A stretch of DNA of 63,085 nt, counting the filler, from Aduncisulcus paluster (Eukaryota), in the NCBI GenBank assembly GCA_024181965.1. It is 36 parts of 36 records of this genome, joined end to end, with 100 filler letters (N's around TTAATTAATTAA, not from the genome) between each part and the next. Parts side by side here need not be neighbours in the genome. Positions count along the whole stretch, not along the records: positions 21,535 to 23,400 come from BQXS01002770.1; positions 23,501 to 25,227 come from BQXS01002771.1; positions 25,328 to 26,686 come from BQXS01002772.1; positions 26,787 to 27,858 come from BQXS01002773.1; positions 27,959 to 29,455 come from BQXS01002775.1; positions 29,556 to 30,567 come from BQXS01002780.1; positions 30,668 to 32,404 come from BQXS01002782.1; positions 32,505 to 34,429 come from BQXS01002784.1; 28 more parts are not named here. The stretch is one strand, 5' to 3'. The position numbers were made by a program, and so were the translations under genes. The notes under the pieces were generated by a model. It saw only the letters and a program-made list of their open reading frames with translations, was not told where the DNA came from and made no database searches. Each line of letters begins with the position of its first letter. The stretch's first letter is position 1. Below are positions 22,304 to 34,529 of the stretch, in pieces.

Positions 22304-23059
22304 TCAGTCACTCCGTGCGCATCGCTGCGTTGCGTGCCGAACGCTCGGCGGTACAAGACTTCTGTAGGAACCTCACACCCGCGGAATGGGACGCGCCGAG
22401 CATGGCCGATGGCTGGCGTATTCGTGACGTCGTCGCGCACATGGGCGCAACCGCGCATGCGTTTCTTACGCCGGGGTTGATCACCGTTATGAGAACGAAA
22501 GAGATTGAGCGACTCAACGACGGCGACGTTCACGCGCGCGCGGACCGCCCGCCCGCCGAGCTACTCGATGAGTACGTCGCANNNNNNNNNNNNNNNNNNN
22601 NCTCGAATCCCGCTGGGCGAGCTCGGATACTTCCCCTTGCGTCTCATGCCGTCGACAGCGATCTTCGATTGGCATGTCCACCTGCGTCACGACATCGCCC
22701 CCGCCCTCGGACGACCCGGGCCGCCAACTGACGAATCACGCATGACTGCCGTCGTCGAATGGCTGACAGCGCTGCTGCAGCAGTCGCATCAGCAGCAGCT
22801 GAGCTGGCTTCGCGAGCCGGTCGCGCTGACGCTGCGCGGACAGGGCGGTGGGTCCTGGATCATCGAGCCCCGCACCAACCGCGCCAAGTTTCGGGTTCGA
22901 CAGTGCGAGGGCGACCGGGCCGCTGCCCACATCGCGGGCCGGACCGAGGACTTCCCTGTCTGGGCCACTACCCGCAAGCCATGGCGCGAATGCGATGTCG
23001 CGATCACTGGAGACGATCAGCTGGCGGCCAGGGTGCTGGATGCCATCAATTTGGTGTGA
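22300..23059 (+). CDS. Mycothiol-dependent maleylpyruvate isomerase (MDMPI/DinB-like) family protein
   Basis: EWDAPS..GWRIRDVVAHM and FDWHVHLRHDI; GTG start overlaps the choD stop. Confidence 0.8.
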
Positions 23060-23140
23060 GCACGGTCTTCAGTCATTCGCGGACCGCGAAGGCATGCACC
23101 GACTCTCGGAGGGCGAGACGCTCCGGCGTGGTCCATGCCC

Positions 23141-23400
23141 TCATTTCGTGTTGCTTCCGGTATCGACCAGACGTGCCGGAATCTCGACGTGGCGGGAGCG
23201 GAGCCACTCCGCCAGGCCCTTCGCTTGCGGATCGAACCGCGCGTTGTAGGCGACACCCTCGCCGAGTAGTCCCTCGATGACGAAGTTCACGGCACGCAAA
23301 TGCGGCAGCACGGTTCGCGTGATCGGCATGGTCGCGGCCTCCGGGAGCAGTCGACGTAGTTCCTCGACGGTGAGGGCATGCACCAGCCACCGCCACGCGT
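23141..23400 (-). CDS. Acyclic terpene utilisation AtuA-family protein, C-terminus
   Basis: LPHLRAVNFVIEGLLGEGV...RFDPQAKGLAEWLRS. Confidence 0.75.
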
Positions 23401-23500
23401 NNNNNNNNNNNNNNNNNNNNNNNNNNNNNNNNNNNNNNNNNNNNTTAATTAATTAANNNNNNNNNNNNNNNNNNNNNNNNNNNNNNNNNNNNNNNNNNNN

Positions 23501-25227
23501 AAGCGCTGGCGCATGCCGGCGAGACCCTGATGGGCAAATTCCGCGACGGCATGCCGGTGAGAGCGGAAGCGGTGACGCTGATCCTGTCCTCGATCGACCG
23601 CATCAAGGAGATATTGGCCGGCCTCGAGGCGACCGAGGCCGAGCCCGAAGGCAACGACCGCGATCTGATCGATCAGTTGGAAGCGATGGTCGAGCGCGGC
23701 ATGGCGGCAATGGCCGCCGGTGATGCCGCTGCCGAAGAAGATGTGCCGGTGGTCGAAGCGCCGTCGGTGCAGGCGGATATGGCCGAAGGCACGCTGGTGG
23801 TGCAGACGCTGGAGCGCCCCTTGCGTCCGGGCGAGGTCTCGCTCGACGAGCTCGAGCGCGCCTTCCGCGAGACCGAGACCGAAGTGGCCGCACCTGCGCC
23901 GGCGCCTGCCGCGAAGGTCGTTGCCGCAGCCCCCGCCGCCGAGCCGGCTGAAGCTGCGAAGAAGCCGGCGCGCAAGGCCGCCGCCGAAGACGTCCAGGAA
24001 GGCGACAAGATCGCCAACCAGTCGATCCGGGTCAACGTCGACACCCTCGAACACCTGATGACCATGGTCTCCGAGCTGGTCTTGACCCGCAACCAGCTCT
24101 TGGAGATCTCGCGCCGCAACGAGGACACCGAGTTCAAGGTGCCGTTGCAGCGGCTCTCCAACGTCACTGCCGAGCTGCAGGAAGGCGTCATGAAGACGCG
24201 GATGCAGCCGATCGGCAATGCCTGGCAGAAGCTGCCGCGCATCGTCCGCGACCTCTCCGGCGAACTCGGCAAGCAGATCGAGCTCGAGATGCACGGCGCC
24301 GACACCGAGCTCGACCGCCAGGTGCTCGACCTGATCAAGGATCCGCTGACGCACATGGTGCGCAACTCCGCCGATCACGGGCTGGAGACCACCGCCGAGC
24401 GCCTCGCCGCCGGCAAGCCGGAGCAGGGCACCATCCGCCTCAGTGCCTATCACGAAGGCGGCCACATCATCATCTGCATCGCCGACAATGGCCGCGGGCT
24501 CAACACCGANNNNNNNNNNNNNNNNNNNNNNNNNNNNNNNNNNNNNNNNNNNNNNNNNNNNNNNNCTCCAGAACGGTCTCGTCACCGAGGCTGAATTGGA
24601 GAAGATGACCGAGGCCCAGATCCACAAGTTCATCTTCGCGCCGGGCTTCTCGACCGCAGCGCAGGTGACCTCGGTGTCCGGCCGCGGCGTCGGCATGGAC
24701 GTGGTGCGAACCAATATCGACCAGATCGGCGGCACCATCGACATCAAGAGCGTGGCCGGCGAGGGCGCCAGTGTCACCATCAAGATCCCGCTGACCTTGG
24801 CGATCGTCTCCGCCCTGATCGTGGAAGCCGGCGGCGACCGTTTTGCCATTCCGCAACTGTCCGTGGTCGAGCTGGTGCGGGCCCGCGCCAACTCCGAGCA
24901 CCGCATCGAGCGGATCAAGGACACCGCGGTCTTGCGGCTGCGCAACAAGCTGCTGCCGCTGATTCATCTCAAGAAGCTGCTGAGGATCGACGACGGCGCC
25001 ACCACCACCAGCGATGCCGAGAACGGCTTCATCGTGGTGACGCAGGTCGGCAGCCAGACCTTCGGCATCGTGGTCGACGGCGTGTTCCACACCGAGGAGA
25101 TCGTGGTCAAGCCGATGTCCACAAAACTGCGGCACATCGACATGTTCTCCGGCAACACCATTTTGGGCGATGGCGCCGTGATCATGATCATCGACCCCAA
25201 CGGCATCGCCAAGGCGCTCGGCGCCTC
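23501..25227 (+). CDS. cheA: Chemotaxis histidine kinase, internal part (Bradyrhizobium-like)
   Basis: SIRVNVDTLEHLM, HMVRNSADHG, SGRGVGMDVV, IPLTLAI, CheW-like domain. Confidence 0.95.
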
Positions 25228-25327
25228 NNNNNNNNNNNNNNNNNNNNNNNNNNNNNNNNNNNNNNNNNNNNTTAATTAATTAANNNNNNNNNNNNNNNNN
25301 NNNNNNNNNNNNNNNNNNNNNNNNNNN

Positions 25328-25543
25328 AAAGTAAACTATATAGCAAAAGCACTTATTCAAAAAGGTTACATAAAAGCTGGTAACTTCGTCAACGCAGAAG
25401 ATAAAACTAAGTATAAATACCTTCTGACAGATGAAGGGCTTCAACAAAAAATAGCAATCACAAAAAAATTTATCAAAATAAAAAAAGCCGAATATGAAAA
25501 AATGCAAGAAGAACTTGATAGATATGAAAGCACAGTTAAGTAA
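25328..25543 (+). CDS. EPS-associated MarR-family regulator, 3' part (not in ORF track)
   Basis: [20 protein letters not shown]...[14 protein letters not shown]...KKAEYE; stop abuts ugd start. Confidence 0.75.
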   Translation, partial: KVNYIAKALIQKGYIKAGNFVNAEDKTKYKYLLTDEGLQQKIAITKKFIKIKKAEYEKMQEELDRYESTVK

Positions 25544-25544
25544 A

Positions 25545-26686
25545 ATGGAGAAATCACAAGTGAAAAATAATACAAAATACAAAATCGCCATAGCAGGTAC
25601 AGGATATGTAGGTCTATCAAACGGTGTACTTCTATCACAACACAATGAAGTAGTAGCATTAGATATCATAGCTTCTAAAGTTGAACTTTTAAATAATAAA
25701 AAATCCCCAATAGAAGATAAAGAGATAAGTGAATATCTACAAAAAGATAGTTTAAATTTTCGAGCAACGCTAGACAAAAAAGAAGCATACGAAAATGCAG
25801 ACTTTGTGATCATCTCAACACCTACAGACTACGACCCCCAAACAAACTACTTCAACACAAAATCTATAGAATATGTCATAGCAGATGTTTTAGAGATAAA
25901 CCCAAATACAACAATGGTGATTAAAAGTACAGTACCAGTTGGATATACAAAAGAGATAAATAAAAAGTTTGATACTACAAATATCATCTTTAGCCCAGAG
26001 TTTTTAAGAGAGGGGTTGGCACTACAAGACAACCTTTATCCAAGTAGAATCATCGTAGGTGAAAAGTCAAAAAGAGCAGAACTATTTGCAAGCCTTTTAG
26101 CACAAGGAGCAAAAAAAGAAAATATAGATATCCTTTTTACAGACTCAACAGAAGCAGAAGCAGTAAAACTGTTTTCAAATACATACTTAGCTATGAGAGT
26201 AGCATACTTCAATGAGCTAGACTCATACGCCCAAACGCATAATCTTGATACAAAACAGATCATAGAAGGTGTAGGACTAGATCCAAGAATTGGTACGCAC
26301 TACAACAACCCAAGCTTTGGGTATGGTGGATACTGTTTACCAAAAGATACAAAACAACTAAGAGCAAACTACCAAGATGTACCAAGTAGTATAATTGGGG
26401 CAATCGTAGAGAGTAATAGCACAAGAAAAGATTTTATAGCAGATAGTGTGATGAGAAAACTTGAACTCACTCCTGCAAACCCAAATAATATCCACACTTC
26501 AAAAAAAGTAGGGATATTTAGACTTACGATGAAAAGTGGTTCAGATAACTTTAGAAGCTCAGCTATACAAGGTATCATGAAGCGTATCAAAGCCAAAGGT
26601 ATAGAGGTAGTGATCTATGAACCGGTACTAGAAGAAGAAACATTTTTTAATAGTAAAGTGATCAAAGATTTTGAAGAGTTTAAATC
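25545..26686 (+). CDS. ugd: UDP-glucose 6-dehydrogenase, 3' truncated
   Basis: [37 protein letters not shown]. Confidence 0.93.
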
Positions 26687-26786
26687 NNNNNNNNNNNNNN
26701 NNNNNNNNNNNNNNNNNNNNNNNNNNNNNNTTAATTAATTAANNNNNNNNNNNNNNNNNNNNNNNNNNNNNNNNNNNNNNNNNNNN

Positions 26787-27599
26787 GAGCAAATTGGTCT
26801 AGAAGTTGTTTTAGGACATCATGAAGTTGCACAAGGACAACACGAGATTGGTATTGTTTACAATACATTAGTTGAAGCAGCTGATAATGTGCAAAAACTT
26901 AAATATGTTGTTAAAATGGTTGCTCATTTAAATGGTAAAACGGCAACATTTATGCCAAAACCAATTCATGGTGATAATGGTAATGGAATGCATGTACACC
27001 AATCAATTTGGAAAGATGGAGTAAATACTTTTTATAAAGAAGGTAACTATGGAAACCTTTCTGATGAAGCTAGATGGTATGCTGGTGGTGTTTTTGAACA
27101 TGCTTTTGCAGTTGCTGCATTTACTAATGCTTCAACAAATTCATATAAAAGACTTGTACCTGGTTTTGAAGCACCAAGTATTTTAACTTTTTCAGCTCAA
27201 AATAGATCAGCAGCTTGTAGAGTTCCTTGGGGAGCTGGAGCACCTGCTACTAGACTTGAAATGAGATTCCCAGATTCAACAGCAAATCCATATTTAGCAT
27301 TTGCAGCAATGATGATGGCAGGAATTGATGGGATTAAAAATAAAACTGAACCTGTTGGACCAATGGATGAGGATTTATTCGAATTATCTCTTGATGAGAT
27401 TAGAGAAAAAAATATTCCACAAATGCCAAATACTTTAAGAATGGCTATTGAGGGATTAATTAAAGATAATGATTTCTTACAACCAGTATTTACAAAAGAG
27501 TTTATTGATACATACCAACATTATCAATATGATAGACAAATTTGGCCTTATGAATCGAGACCAACTGCATTTGAAGTGATGACAACATATTCTTGTTAG
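26787..27599 (+). CDS. glnA: Type I glutamine synthetase, 3' part
   Basis: [36 protein letters not shown]. Confidence 0.97.
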   Translation, partial: EQIGLEVVLGHHEVAQGQHEIGIVYNTLVEAADNVQKLKYVVKMVAHLNGKTATFMPKPIHGDNGNGMHVHQSIWKDGVNTFYKEGNYGNLSDEARWYAGGVFEHAFAVAAFTNASTNSYKRLVPGFEAPSILTFSAQNRSAACRVPWGAGAPATRLEMRFPDSTANPYLAFAAMMMAGIDGIKNKTEPVGPMDEDLFELSLDEIREKNIPQMPNTLRMAIEGLIKDNDFLQPVFTKEFIDTYQHYQYDRQIWPYESRPTAFEVMTTYSC

Positions 27600-27615
27600 T
27601 TACTGTAATATATCT

Positions 27616-27650
27616 AAAAAAGATAGAGCATTTGCTCTATCTTTTTTTTT
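27616..27650 (+). terminator. Rho-independent terminator
   Basis: AAAAAAGATAGAGCA-TT-TGCTCTATCTTTTTTTTT. Confidence 0.85.
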
Positions 27651-27766
27651 GCCTAATTATAAGAAAAAAGCCCTTTAACAAGATTTTAAACTTTATTTAG
27701 CTATTATATATGTACTTATGCTACTTATGATTAATGATGTAGTACAGATTAATAAAAAGGGATATA

Positions 27767-27858
27767 ATGGGTTGTAACTTAGATAAATTAACTTCTTTTA
27801 AAGACAACTGTGGGTTTGGGTTAATTGCTCACTTGAAAAATAAACAAACACATAAAAA
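27767..27858 (+). CDS. gltB: Glutamate synthase large subunit, N-terminus
   Basis: SFKDNCGFGLIA with the Ntn-amidotransferase Cys; downstream of glnA. Confidence 0.8.
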
Positions 27859-28031
27859 NNNNNNNNNNNNNNNNNNNNNNNNNNNNNNNNNNNNNNNNNN
27901 NNTTAATTAATTAANNNNNNNNNNNNNNNNNNNNNNNNNNNNNNNNNNNNNNNNNNNNCCCATACGATATAGGTTGATTCCTGTTTCGCTTGATTGCTGC
28001 AGCTCATACTTTTGTAAATAAAAATTGAGAC

Positions 28032-28859
28032 ATGCAGAAACTGGAAAAAAATAACTCAAACAATCGCATTTTAATTCTTGCAGATTTCTCGGAAGGTGGT
28101 TGGACTGCAGCCCGATTTGCAATGGAACATCTGTATCAGCCGGGAAGTATAATTTATATTCTTCAAACCTGGCAGAAACCTTCTTATGGTAGCTCAATGG
28201 TACGGGATCTTACATCCATTTTAAAGAACATTACCAATAGCGAGTTAAAAGCATTGAAAAGAAAGATGTTGAGTATCTATCCGGATCTTGAGAAGGACAT
28301 TCATTTGCTTTCGGTTGAAGGTGAATTGAGTCAGTTTTTCGAAAGTGATGCCTACTTGAATCACCAATGGCAATTGGTTATGAGTACGAAATACAAAAAT
28401 GGAGAAACCAGCAAGAATCCACGCTTTACCGAGATAATCGATCAAGTGAATCAGCCACTTTATCTGTTAAATGATATCGATTATGTGGACAATATCCCAA
28501 ATGTATTTTTAATGACCAGTAATAAGATGGTAAGTTCAGAGGTACTAAATGTTTTGCAGCAAATAAATGCAAAGCAATATTCCAACATTCAGGTTTGCCT
28601 CGAGGATGATTCAATATCTCAGCTAACGAAAGAGAAGCAAATAAAATTGGTGTCGAATGTCTGTACCAACAGTAAGTTACGTTTCTCAAAACTATGTAGT
28701 GATAATGGTTTAAACCAGATAAGGGAATACGAACGAAAGAGAATTCCAAACTTGATGGTATTTGATAAAAATCGCAACAGGAAAATCCAGAACAAGCTTA
28801 AAAACTATTTAGATCGTTGGTTGGTGAAAAGCAAGGGGATTAGTATCGGAACTTATTAA
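28032..28859 (+). CDS. Universal stress protein-like (Bacteroidetes-like)
   Basis: RILILADFSE N-terminus; tandem with a second USP. Confidence 0.65.
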   Translation: MQKLEKNNSNNRILILADFSEGGWTAARFAMEHLYQPGSIIYILQTWQKPSYGSSMVRDLTSILKNITNSELKALKRKMLSIYPDLEKDIHLLSVEGELSQFFESDAYLNHQWQLVMSTKYKNGETSKNPRFTEIIDQVNQPLYLLNDIDYVDNIPNVFLMTSNKMVSSEVLNVLQQINAKQYSNIQVCLEDDSISQLTKEKQIKLVSNVCTNSKLRFSKLCSDNGLNQIREYERKRIPNLMVFDKNRNRKIQNKLKNYLDRWLVKSKGISIGTY

Positions 28860-28869
28860 TTGAAAGAGC

Positions 28870-29455
28870 ATGAGAGCAGGAAATATCTATAAAATAGTAG
28901 TGCCTATAAGTTTGAAAGGAGATAGTGAGCAAGCATTAAAACAAGCTCTGTTTTTATGCAAAAAGACGAAATCAACACTAACTCTTTTACATGTTGTGCC
29001 ATCGGATAAAAGCATATTGCGCGTAATGCGTTCCAACATAAATAAAAGATTACAAGCTAGGGGAATGGTTCGTTTAATACGCTTTNNNNNNNNNNNNNNN
29101 NNNNNAATCGATTATTGATTTTGCCAATTCTGAGAGGTTTGATTTATTGGTTCTTAATTCGGGTAAGAGGATTCATAATTTATCATCAAGATTAAAAAGG
29201 CAAAGCGTAGAACGAATTGTTCGGGAGACCATATGTCCCGTAATATCGGTAAACGATAGATGGACGAATAGGGGCGTCAGGGATATTTTGGTTCCCATTG
29301 ATATCACCAGAAAATCGAAAGACTTAATCGAATGGTGCATTTTTATGGGACAAACTTTTAATGCCAGAATTGAATTACTAGCAGCTCTTACGGTTAAAAT
29401 TGAACTGAAGAGAAGTTTGGCTTACCGTAAGACACAGATCATGAAAAACTGGATT
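28870..29455 (+). CDS. Universal stress protein, two domains, gap inside, 3' truncated
   Basis: KIVVPI...LTLLHVV; VERIVRETICPVISV...ILVPID. Confidence 0.8.
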
Positions 29456-29555
29456 NNNNNNNNNNNNNNNNNNNNNNNNNNNNNNNNNNNNNNNNNNNNT
29501 TAATTAATTAANNNNNNNNNNNNNNNNNNNNNNNNNNNNNNNNNNNNNNNNNNNN

Positions 29556-29810
29556 AAATCATAAGTGAAAGTTTTATTTTAGGTTTTTTTAGTTTTCTAA
29601 GTGCCTTTTTTATATCTCATATTATCCTTTACTTTATTAAGAACTCTTCCCATTTACAAGGATATGTAAATGGAGAAATCTCTTCTAGTTTAGCTTTTTA
29701 TGTATTTATAGCCGCTATTATTATGGCAATATTGGGTTCAGTGATACCTGCACTAAATGCTGCTAAAACGGATCCTGTTATTTTAATACAAGGAGATAAA
29801 ATATGATAAA
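29556..29810 (+). CDS. ABC transporter permease (FtsX/MacB-like), C-terminus
   Basis: ESFILG...GSVIPALNAAKTDP. Confidence 0.75.
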
Positions 29811-30423
29811 AGTAACAAATATATCTCATTTATATGAAAAAGACCTTGCATTAAGTAACATAAATTTAGAGATTCCAAAAGGTGAATTTTTAGCGATTGT
29901 AGGTGAAAGTGGCAGTGGAAAATCTACTCTTCTTTCTATTCTATCTACACTGTTAAAACCTACAAAAGGTGATGTTTTTTTTGAAAATATCAATATTTCA
30001 GATATTACTAATATAGATAGTTTTAGACAAAAAAACATTGGATTTATTTTCCAATTTCACTATTTGATTAATTATTTAACAGTGAAAGAAAATATACAAA
30101 TAGCAAATGAATTTTGCTTAAAAGAAGATATTGTAGAGTTACTTGAATTATTAAATATAGAAGAGATTATTGATAAATATCCAAATGAGATTTCAGGTGG
30201 GCAAAGACAAAGAGTTGCTATAGCACGAGCACTTATCAATAATCCAAAAGTGATTTTTGCAGATGAACCAACAGGAAATTTAGATTCAAAAAATTCAAAA
30301 AATGTTTTTAAAATATTTAGAAAACTAGCAAAAAAAGGAACCACTATCATTGTAGCTACACATGACTTGAAACTTGCAGCAAAAGCTGACAAAATTTTGG
30401 AGGTAAAAGATGGAGAACTTTAA
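29803..30423 (+). CDS. ABC transporter ATP-binding protein (LolD-like)
   Basis: GESGSGKST, ISGGQRQRVAIARAL, ADEPTGNLD, ATHD. Confidence 0.93.
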   Translation: MIKVTNISHLYEKDLALSNINLEIPKGEFLAIVGESGSGKSTLLSILSTLLKPTKGDVFFENINISDITNIDSFRQKNIGFIFQFHYLINYLTVKENIQIANEFCLKEDIVELLELLNIEEIIDKYPNEISGGQRQRVAIARALINNPKVIFADEPTGNLDSKNSKNVFKIFRKLAKKGTTIIVATHDLKLAAKADKILEVKDGEL

Positions 30424-30567
30424 TAAATTCATACAAACTCATTTTAAGATATCTCTTCTGTTTTTTTCAGTTGGGTTACTCTTTGGACTTATCTATTCTA
30501 TAAATCTTTTAGGTTTTAGTATAAACTCACAGACACTCTATCCTTCAAATGTAAGAGCAATACATAT
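30410..30567 (+). CDS. Membrane protein N-terminus, possibly heme-copper oxidase/NorB-like
   Basis: TM helix with GLLFG followed by VRAIH; truncated. Confidence 0.4.
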
Positions 30568-30667
30568 NNNNNNNNNNNNNNNNNNNNNNNNNNNNNNNNN
30601 NNNNNNNNNNNTTAATTAATTAANNNNNNNNNNNNNNNNNNNNNNNNNNNNNNNNNNNNNNNNNNNN

Positions 30668-30729
30668 ATTGTAAACTTGGAAATGGGATTCATGCGTCAG
30701 CAAAAATTGATGTGATTGCAGAGGTTTAA
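30668..30729 (+). CDS. rplI: 50S ribosomal protein L9, C-terminus
   Basis: CKLGNGIHASAKIDVIAEV*; rplI-hslV-hslU order is typical of Campylobacterota. Confidence 0.7.
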
Positions 30730-30732
30730 TTG

Positions 30733-31287
30733 ATGTTTGATGCAACAACGATACTTGCTTATAAAAGTGAAGATGGTAAAGCTGTTATAGGTGGGGATGG
30801 ACAAGTAACATTTGGAAATACTGTTTTAAAAAATAATGCTACAAAGATAAGAAGAGTAGGGGTAAAAGGAGAAGTTTTAGCAGGATTCGCTGGAAGTACT
30901 GCTGATGCTTTTAATCTTTTTGATATGTTCGAAACACATCTTGAAAATTCAAAAGGTGATTTATTAAAATCTGTTGTAAACTTCTCTAAAGAGTGGAGAA
31001 AAGATAAGCATTTAAGACAATTAGAAGCTATGATGCTTGTATTAAATGAGAATCATATTTTTATTTTAAGTGGTACAGGAGATGTTGTTGAGCCAGAAGA
31101 CGGTTGTTTAGCTTCAATTGGAAGTGGTGGTAACTTTGCTATTGCAGCTGCAAGAGCATTAAAAAAGCACTCGAATTTAGAGCCTTTAGAGTTGGTTAAA
31201 GAGTCTTTAATGACAGCAGGTGAATTATGTATTTATACAAATCAAAATATCAAAACATTAACATTAGATGATAAGGAAAATAAATAA
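30733..31287 (+). CDS. hslV: ATP-dependent protease subunit HslV
   Basis: [30 protein letters not shown]. Confidence 0.96.
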   Translation: MFDATTILAYKSEDGKAVIGGDGQVTFGNTVLKNNATKIRRVGVKGEVLAGFAGSTADAFNLFDMFETHLENSKGDLLKSVVNFSKEWRKDKHLRQLEAMMLVLNENHIFILSGTGDVVEPEDGCLASIGSGGNFAIAAARALKKHSNLEPLELVKESLMTAGELCIYTNQNIKTLTLDDKENK

Positions 31288-32404
31288 TGAATATGACTCC
31301 TAAAGAGATAGTATCATATCTTGATGATTATATTATAGGTCAAAAAGACGCTAAAAAAACAATTGCTATTGCCTTAAGAAACAGATACAGAAGAATGCAG
31401 TTAGAAGCTGAACTTCAGGATGAAATCATGCCAAAAAATATTTTAATGATTGGTAGTACTGGTGTAGGTAAAACAGAAATCGCTAGAAGAATGGCAAAGA
31501 TGATGAATCTTCCATTTATTAAAGTTGAAGCTAGTAAATATACAGAAGTAGGGTATGTAGGTAGAGAAGTTGAATCTATGGTAAAAGATTTAGCACATGA
31601 ATCNNNNNNNNNNNNNNNNNNNNAAGAGTATGAAGAGCAAATTCAAGGTTCTATTGATGATGAGGTTATAAAACAAATCATAGAAATTCTTGTACCACCT
31701 TTACCAGAATCTGCAAGTGAAAATGCAAAAGAATCTTTTATCAAAACATACAATCTAATGGAATCTAAAGTAAAAAATGGAGATATGGATGATAAAAAAA
31801 TCACTATAGAACTACCAAAAACTACGCATGTAGAAATAGTAGATAGTAATATGCCTATGGATATGAGTGCTATTAGTGAAAGTATCAATAGTATGATGGG
31901 AAAAATGGGCAAAGAAAAAATCAAAAAAGAAGTTACTATCAAAGAAGCTAAAAAACTTTTAAGAGGTATGGCTAGTGATAATTTACTTGATAAAGAGTCT
32001 TTAAAAACAGAAGCGTTAAATAGATGTGAAAATGGTGGTATCATTTTTCTTGATGAGATTGATAAAATTGCTACAGGGAGTAATAATAAAAACCAAGATC
32101 CAAGTAAAGAGGGTGTTCAAAGAGATTTATTACCTATAGTTGAAGGTAGTTCAGTACATACAAAATATGGTCAAGTAAAAACAGACCATATATTGTTTAT
32201 TGCTGCTGGTGCATTTCATGTAAGTAAACCAAGTGATTTATTACCAGAATTACAAGGTAGATTTCCTTTAAGAGTTGAATTAAATCCGCTAGAAGAGGCT
32301 GATTTATATAAGATTTTAACAAATACTAAAAATTCATTGCTTCGACAGTATAAAGCATTACTCGATGTAGAAGGTGTGAACTTAGAGTTTGATGATGCAG
32401 CTAT
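31287..32404 (+). CDS. hslU: ATP-dependent protease ATPase HslU, 3' truncated
   Basis: [38 protein letters not shown]. Confidence 0.97.
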
Positions 32405-32504
32405 NNNNNNNNNNNNNNNNNNNNNNNNNNNNNNNNNNNNNNNNNNNNTTAATTAATTAANNNNNNNNNNNNNNNNNNNNNNNNNNNNNNNNNNNNNNNN
32501 NNNN

Positions 32505-32888
32505 CGCGTGGGCCCACACCATGGCCGCGCCGATCGAGATGACCACCGTTACCCAGGAGAACCAGGTGACATCGACGCGCGGCCCGGAGACGAAGCTGTC
32601 CTGTACCGCCGGCCAGTAGGTCGGCATGAGGTGTACGTAGCCCAATCCGAGAACGCTGGCGCTGCCGACGATCACGGTTGCCTCCGGGGCGTGCTTGCGG
32701 TGGCGCAGGATCATCGTGACGGCCACCGCGATGAGAACCGCGTGGGTGGCGGCGAGATACGTGAGACTGGGCGGTGCGGCGGTGAAACCGCGCCGTAGGT
32801 GGTCGATGGCGTCCAGGCCCCAACCAATCACGAACGCGATGGTGGCCGTCCGCAGAAACGCGTCGGCTCGAGTCGCTAACTCTGCCAT
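32505..32888 (-). CDS. Hypothetical membrane protein (mycobacterial)
   Basis: Four hydrophobic segments; GGAGG RBS. Confidence 0.6.
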
Positions 32889-32927
32889 CGTGACCTCCGC
32901 TGGTCTACTACAGCCGATAGTAGATAC

Positions 32928-34005
32928 CTACCCCTTGCCCGGCAAGGAGTTGTCCTCTGCCCGGTAGGGCTCTCCATGAGGGTCGAGGCAATGTGTAGAT
33001 GCCTCCGCGCCTTCGTGGTCGACCTGCAACGTGGTGTGGTCGATGTCGTACCGCGTATGGAGTAACTCCTCGATCTCACGCCGTATTCCGTGGCAGTCCG
33101 AATTGGGGACCACCAAGATGTGCGCGGACAGTGCGGGCTGTCCGGAGGTGATCTGCCAGATGTGTAGGTCGTGCACTTCGGTCACGGATTCCACGGACGC
33201 GAGCTGAGCTCCGATGGTGTCGGGGTCAAGGCCAACGGGAGCGGCCTCCAGGAAGATCCGTCCCGATTCACGAACCAGACCCCAGCCCGCCTTGAGCATC
33301 AGTGCGGCGACGACGAGAGCGGCGATGGCATCCGCGCGCGTGAAGCCGGTCAGCCACACCACGGCGCCGGCGATGGCGGTGGCGATGAAGGCGTACAGAT
33401 CGTTGAGGATGTGCTGGAAGGCGCCCTCGACATNNNNNNNNNNNNNNNNNNNNNNNNNNNNNNNNNNNNNNNNNNNNNNNNNNNNNNNNNNNNNNNNNNN
33501 NNNNNNNNNNNNNNNNNNNNNNNNNNNNNNNNNNNNNNNNNNNNNNNNNNTTGGCCTTGCTGATGCACCAGGTCGCCGCGACATTGACGACGATTCCCGC
33601 GAGCGCGGTGACGAACACCAGCAGACCTGAGACCTCAGGGGGAGTGATCAGTCGGCGGATGCCCTCATAGATGAAGAAGGCGGCGAGTAGGAACAGCGTC
33701 ACGCCGTTGGCCTGTGCCGACAGGATCTCTGCCCGCTTGAGCCCGTAGGTGTAGCTGCCGCGGGCTGGGCGCGAGGCGAGTCGAATGGCGATGAGCGCCA
33801 ACACGATCGATGCCGCATCGGTCAGCATGTGCCCGGCATCGGAGATCAGCGCCAGTGATTGGGCGATGACGCCGATGACCACCTCGACCGCCATGAAGCC
33901 ACCGATCAGGATCAAGGCGATGGTCAGCCATTTCCGATCGGCGTTGGCGCTCACTCCGTGCCCATGTGAGTGCCCGGATCCGTGCTCGTGCGTGTCCGCA
34001 GCCAT
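32928..34005 (-). CDS. Cation diffusion facilitator (CzcD/ZitB-like) transporter
   Basis: His-rich N-terminus, SDAGHMLTD, HILND, VHDLHIW, HTTLQVD. Confidence 0.92.
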
Positions 34006-34056
34006 GTCCGCTCCTTCTGAATCATTCATGCAAACATATGCATGCTAGCATTTGTT

Positions 34057-34350
34057 ATGACGAACGTTCAGCCCTTGACGTGTCCCAAGTGTGAGTCGCA
34101 GATGCTCTCGACGAAATGGTTCGGCGTACGCACATTCCAATGCACAGGATGTGCGGCCGTACTGCTGGAGCAGGAGAGTCTGCAGCAGTTCGTGGACGGC
34201 GCCGCGCGCTTCGGGCCGTCGGCGCATATCGACCAGCCGCCGGCCGCGCAGCCGTATCCGCCCGCCCCGCCCCAGGATTACCGCGGCGTCATGGGCGGAC
34301 TGTTCGGCGGTGGTGGTGGCCACGGTTATCGCCGCCGCGGCCACCACTAA
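34057..34350 (+). CDS. Small zinc-ribbon (zf-TFIIB-like) protein
   Basis: CPKC...CTGC pair with Gly/Arg/His-rich tail. Confidence 0.65.
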   Translation: MTNVQPLTCPKCESQMLSTKWFGVRTFQCTGCAAVLLEQESLQQFVDGAARFGPSAHIDQPPAAQPYPPAPPQDYRGVMGGLFGGGGGHGYRRRGHH

Positions 34351-34529
34351 TTTCGCGAAGCGTTCTCGAGTGTGCGAATTGTGTCGGCATGGCGCCGGAA
34401 ATCGACACAATCCGCACACACGACGGGTTNNNNNNNNNNNNNNNNNNNNNNNNNNNNNNNNNNNNNNNNNNNNTTAATTAATTAANNNNNNNNNNNNNNN
34501 NNNNNNNNNNNNNNNNNNNNNNNNNNNNN

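Noticed and set aside
23449-25135. Long antisense ORFs over cheA (and similar ones over dnaE2, clpX, pnp and the MFS gene)
   Set aside because: Shadow frames typical of high-GC coding DNA; the opposite strand carries the recognisable protein.
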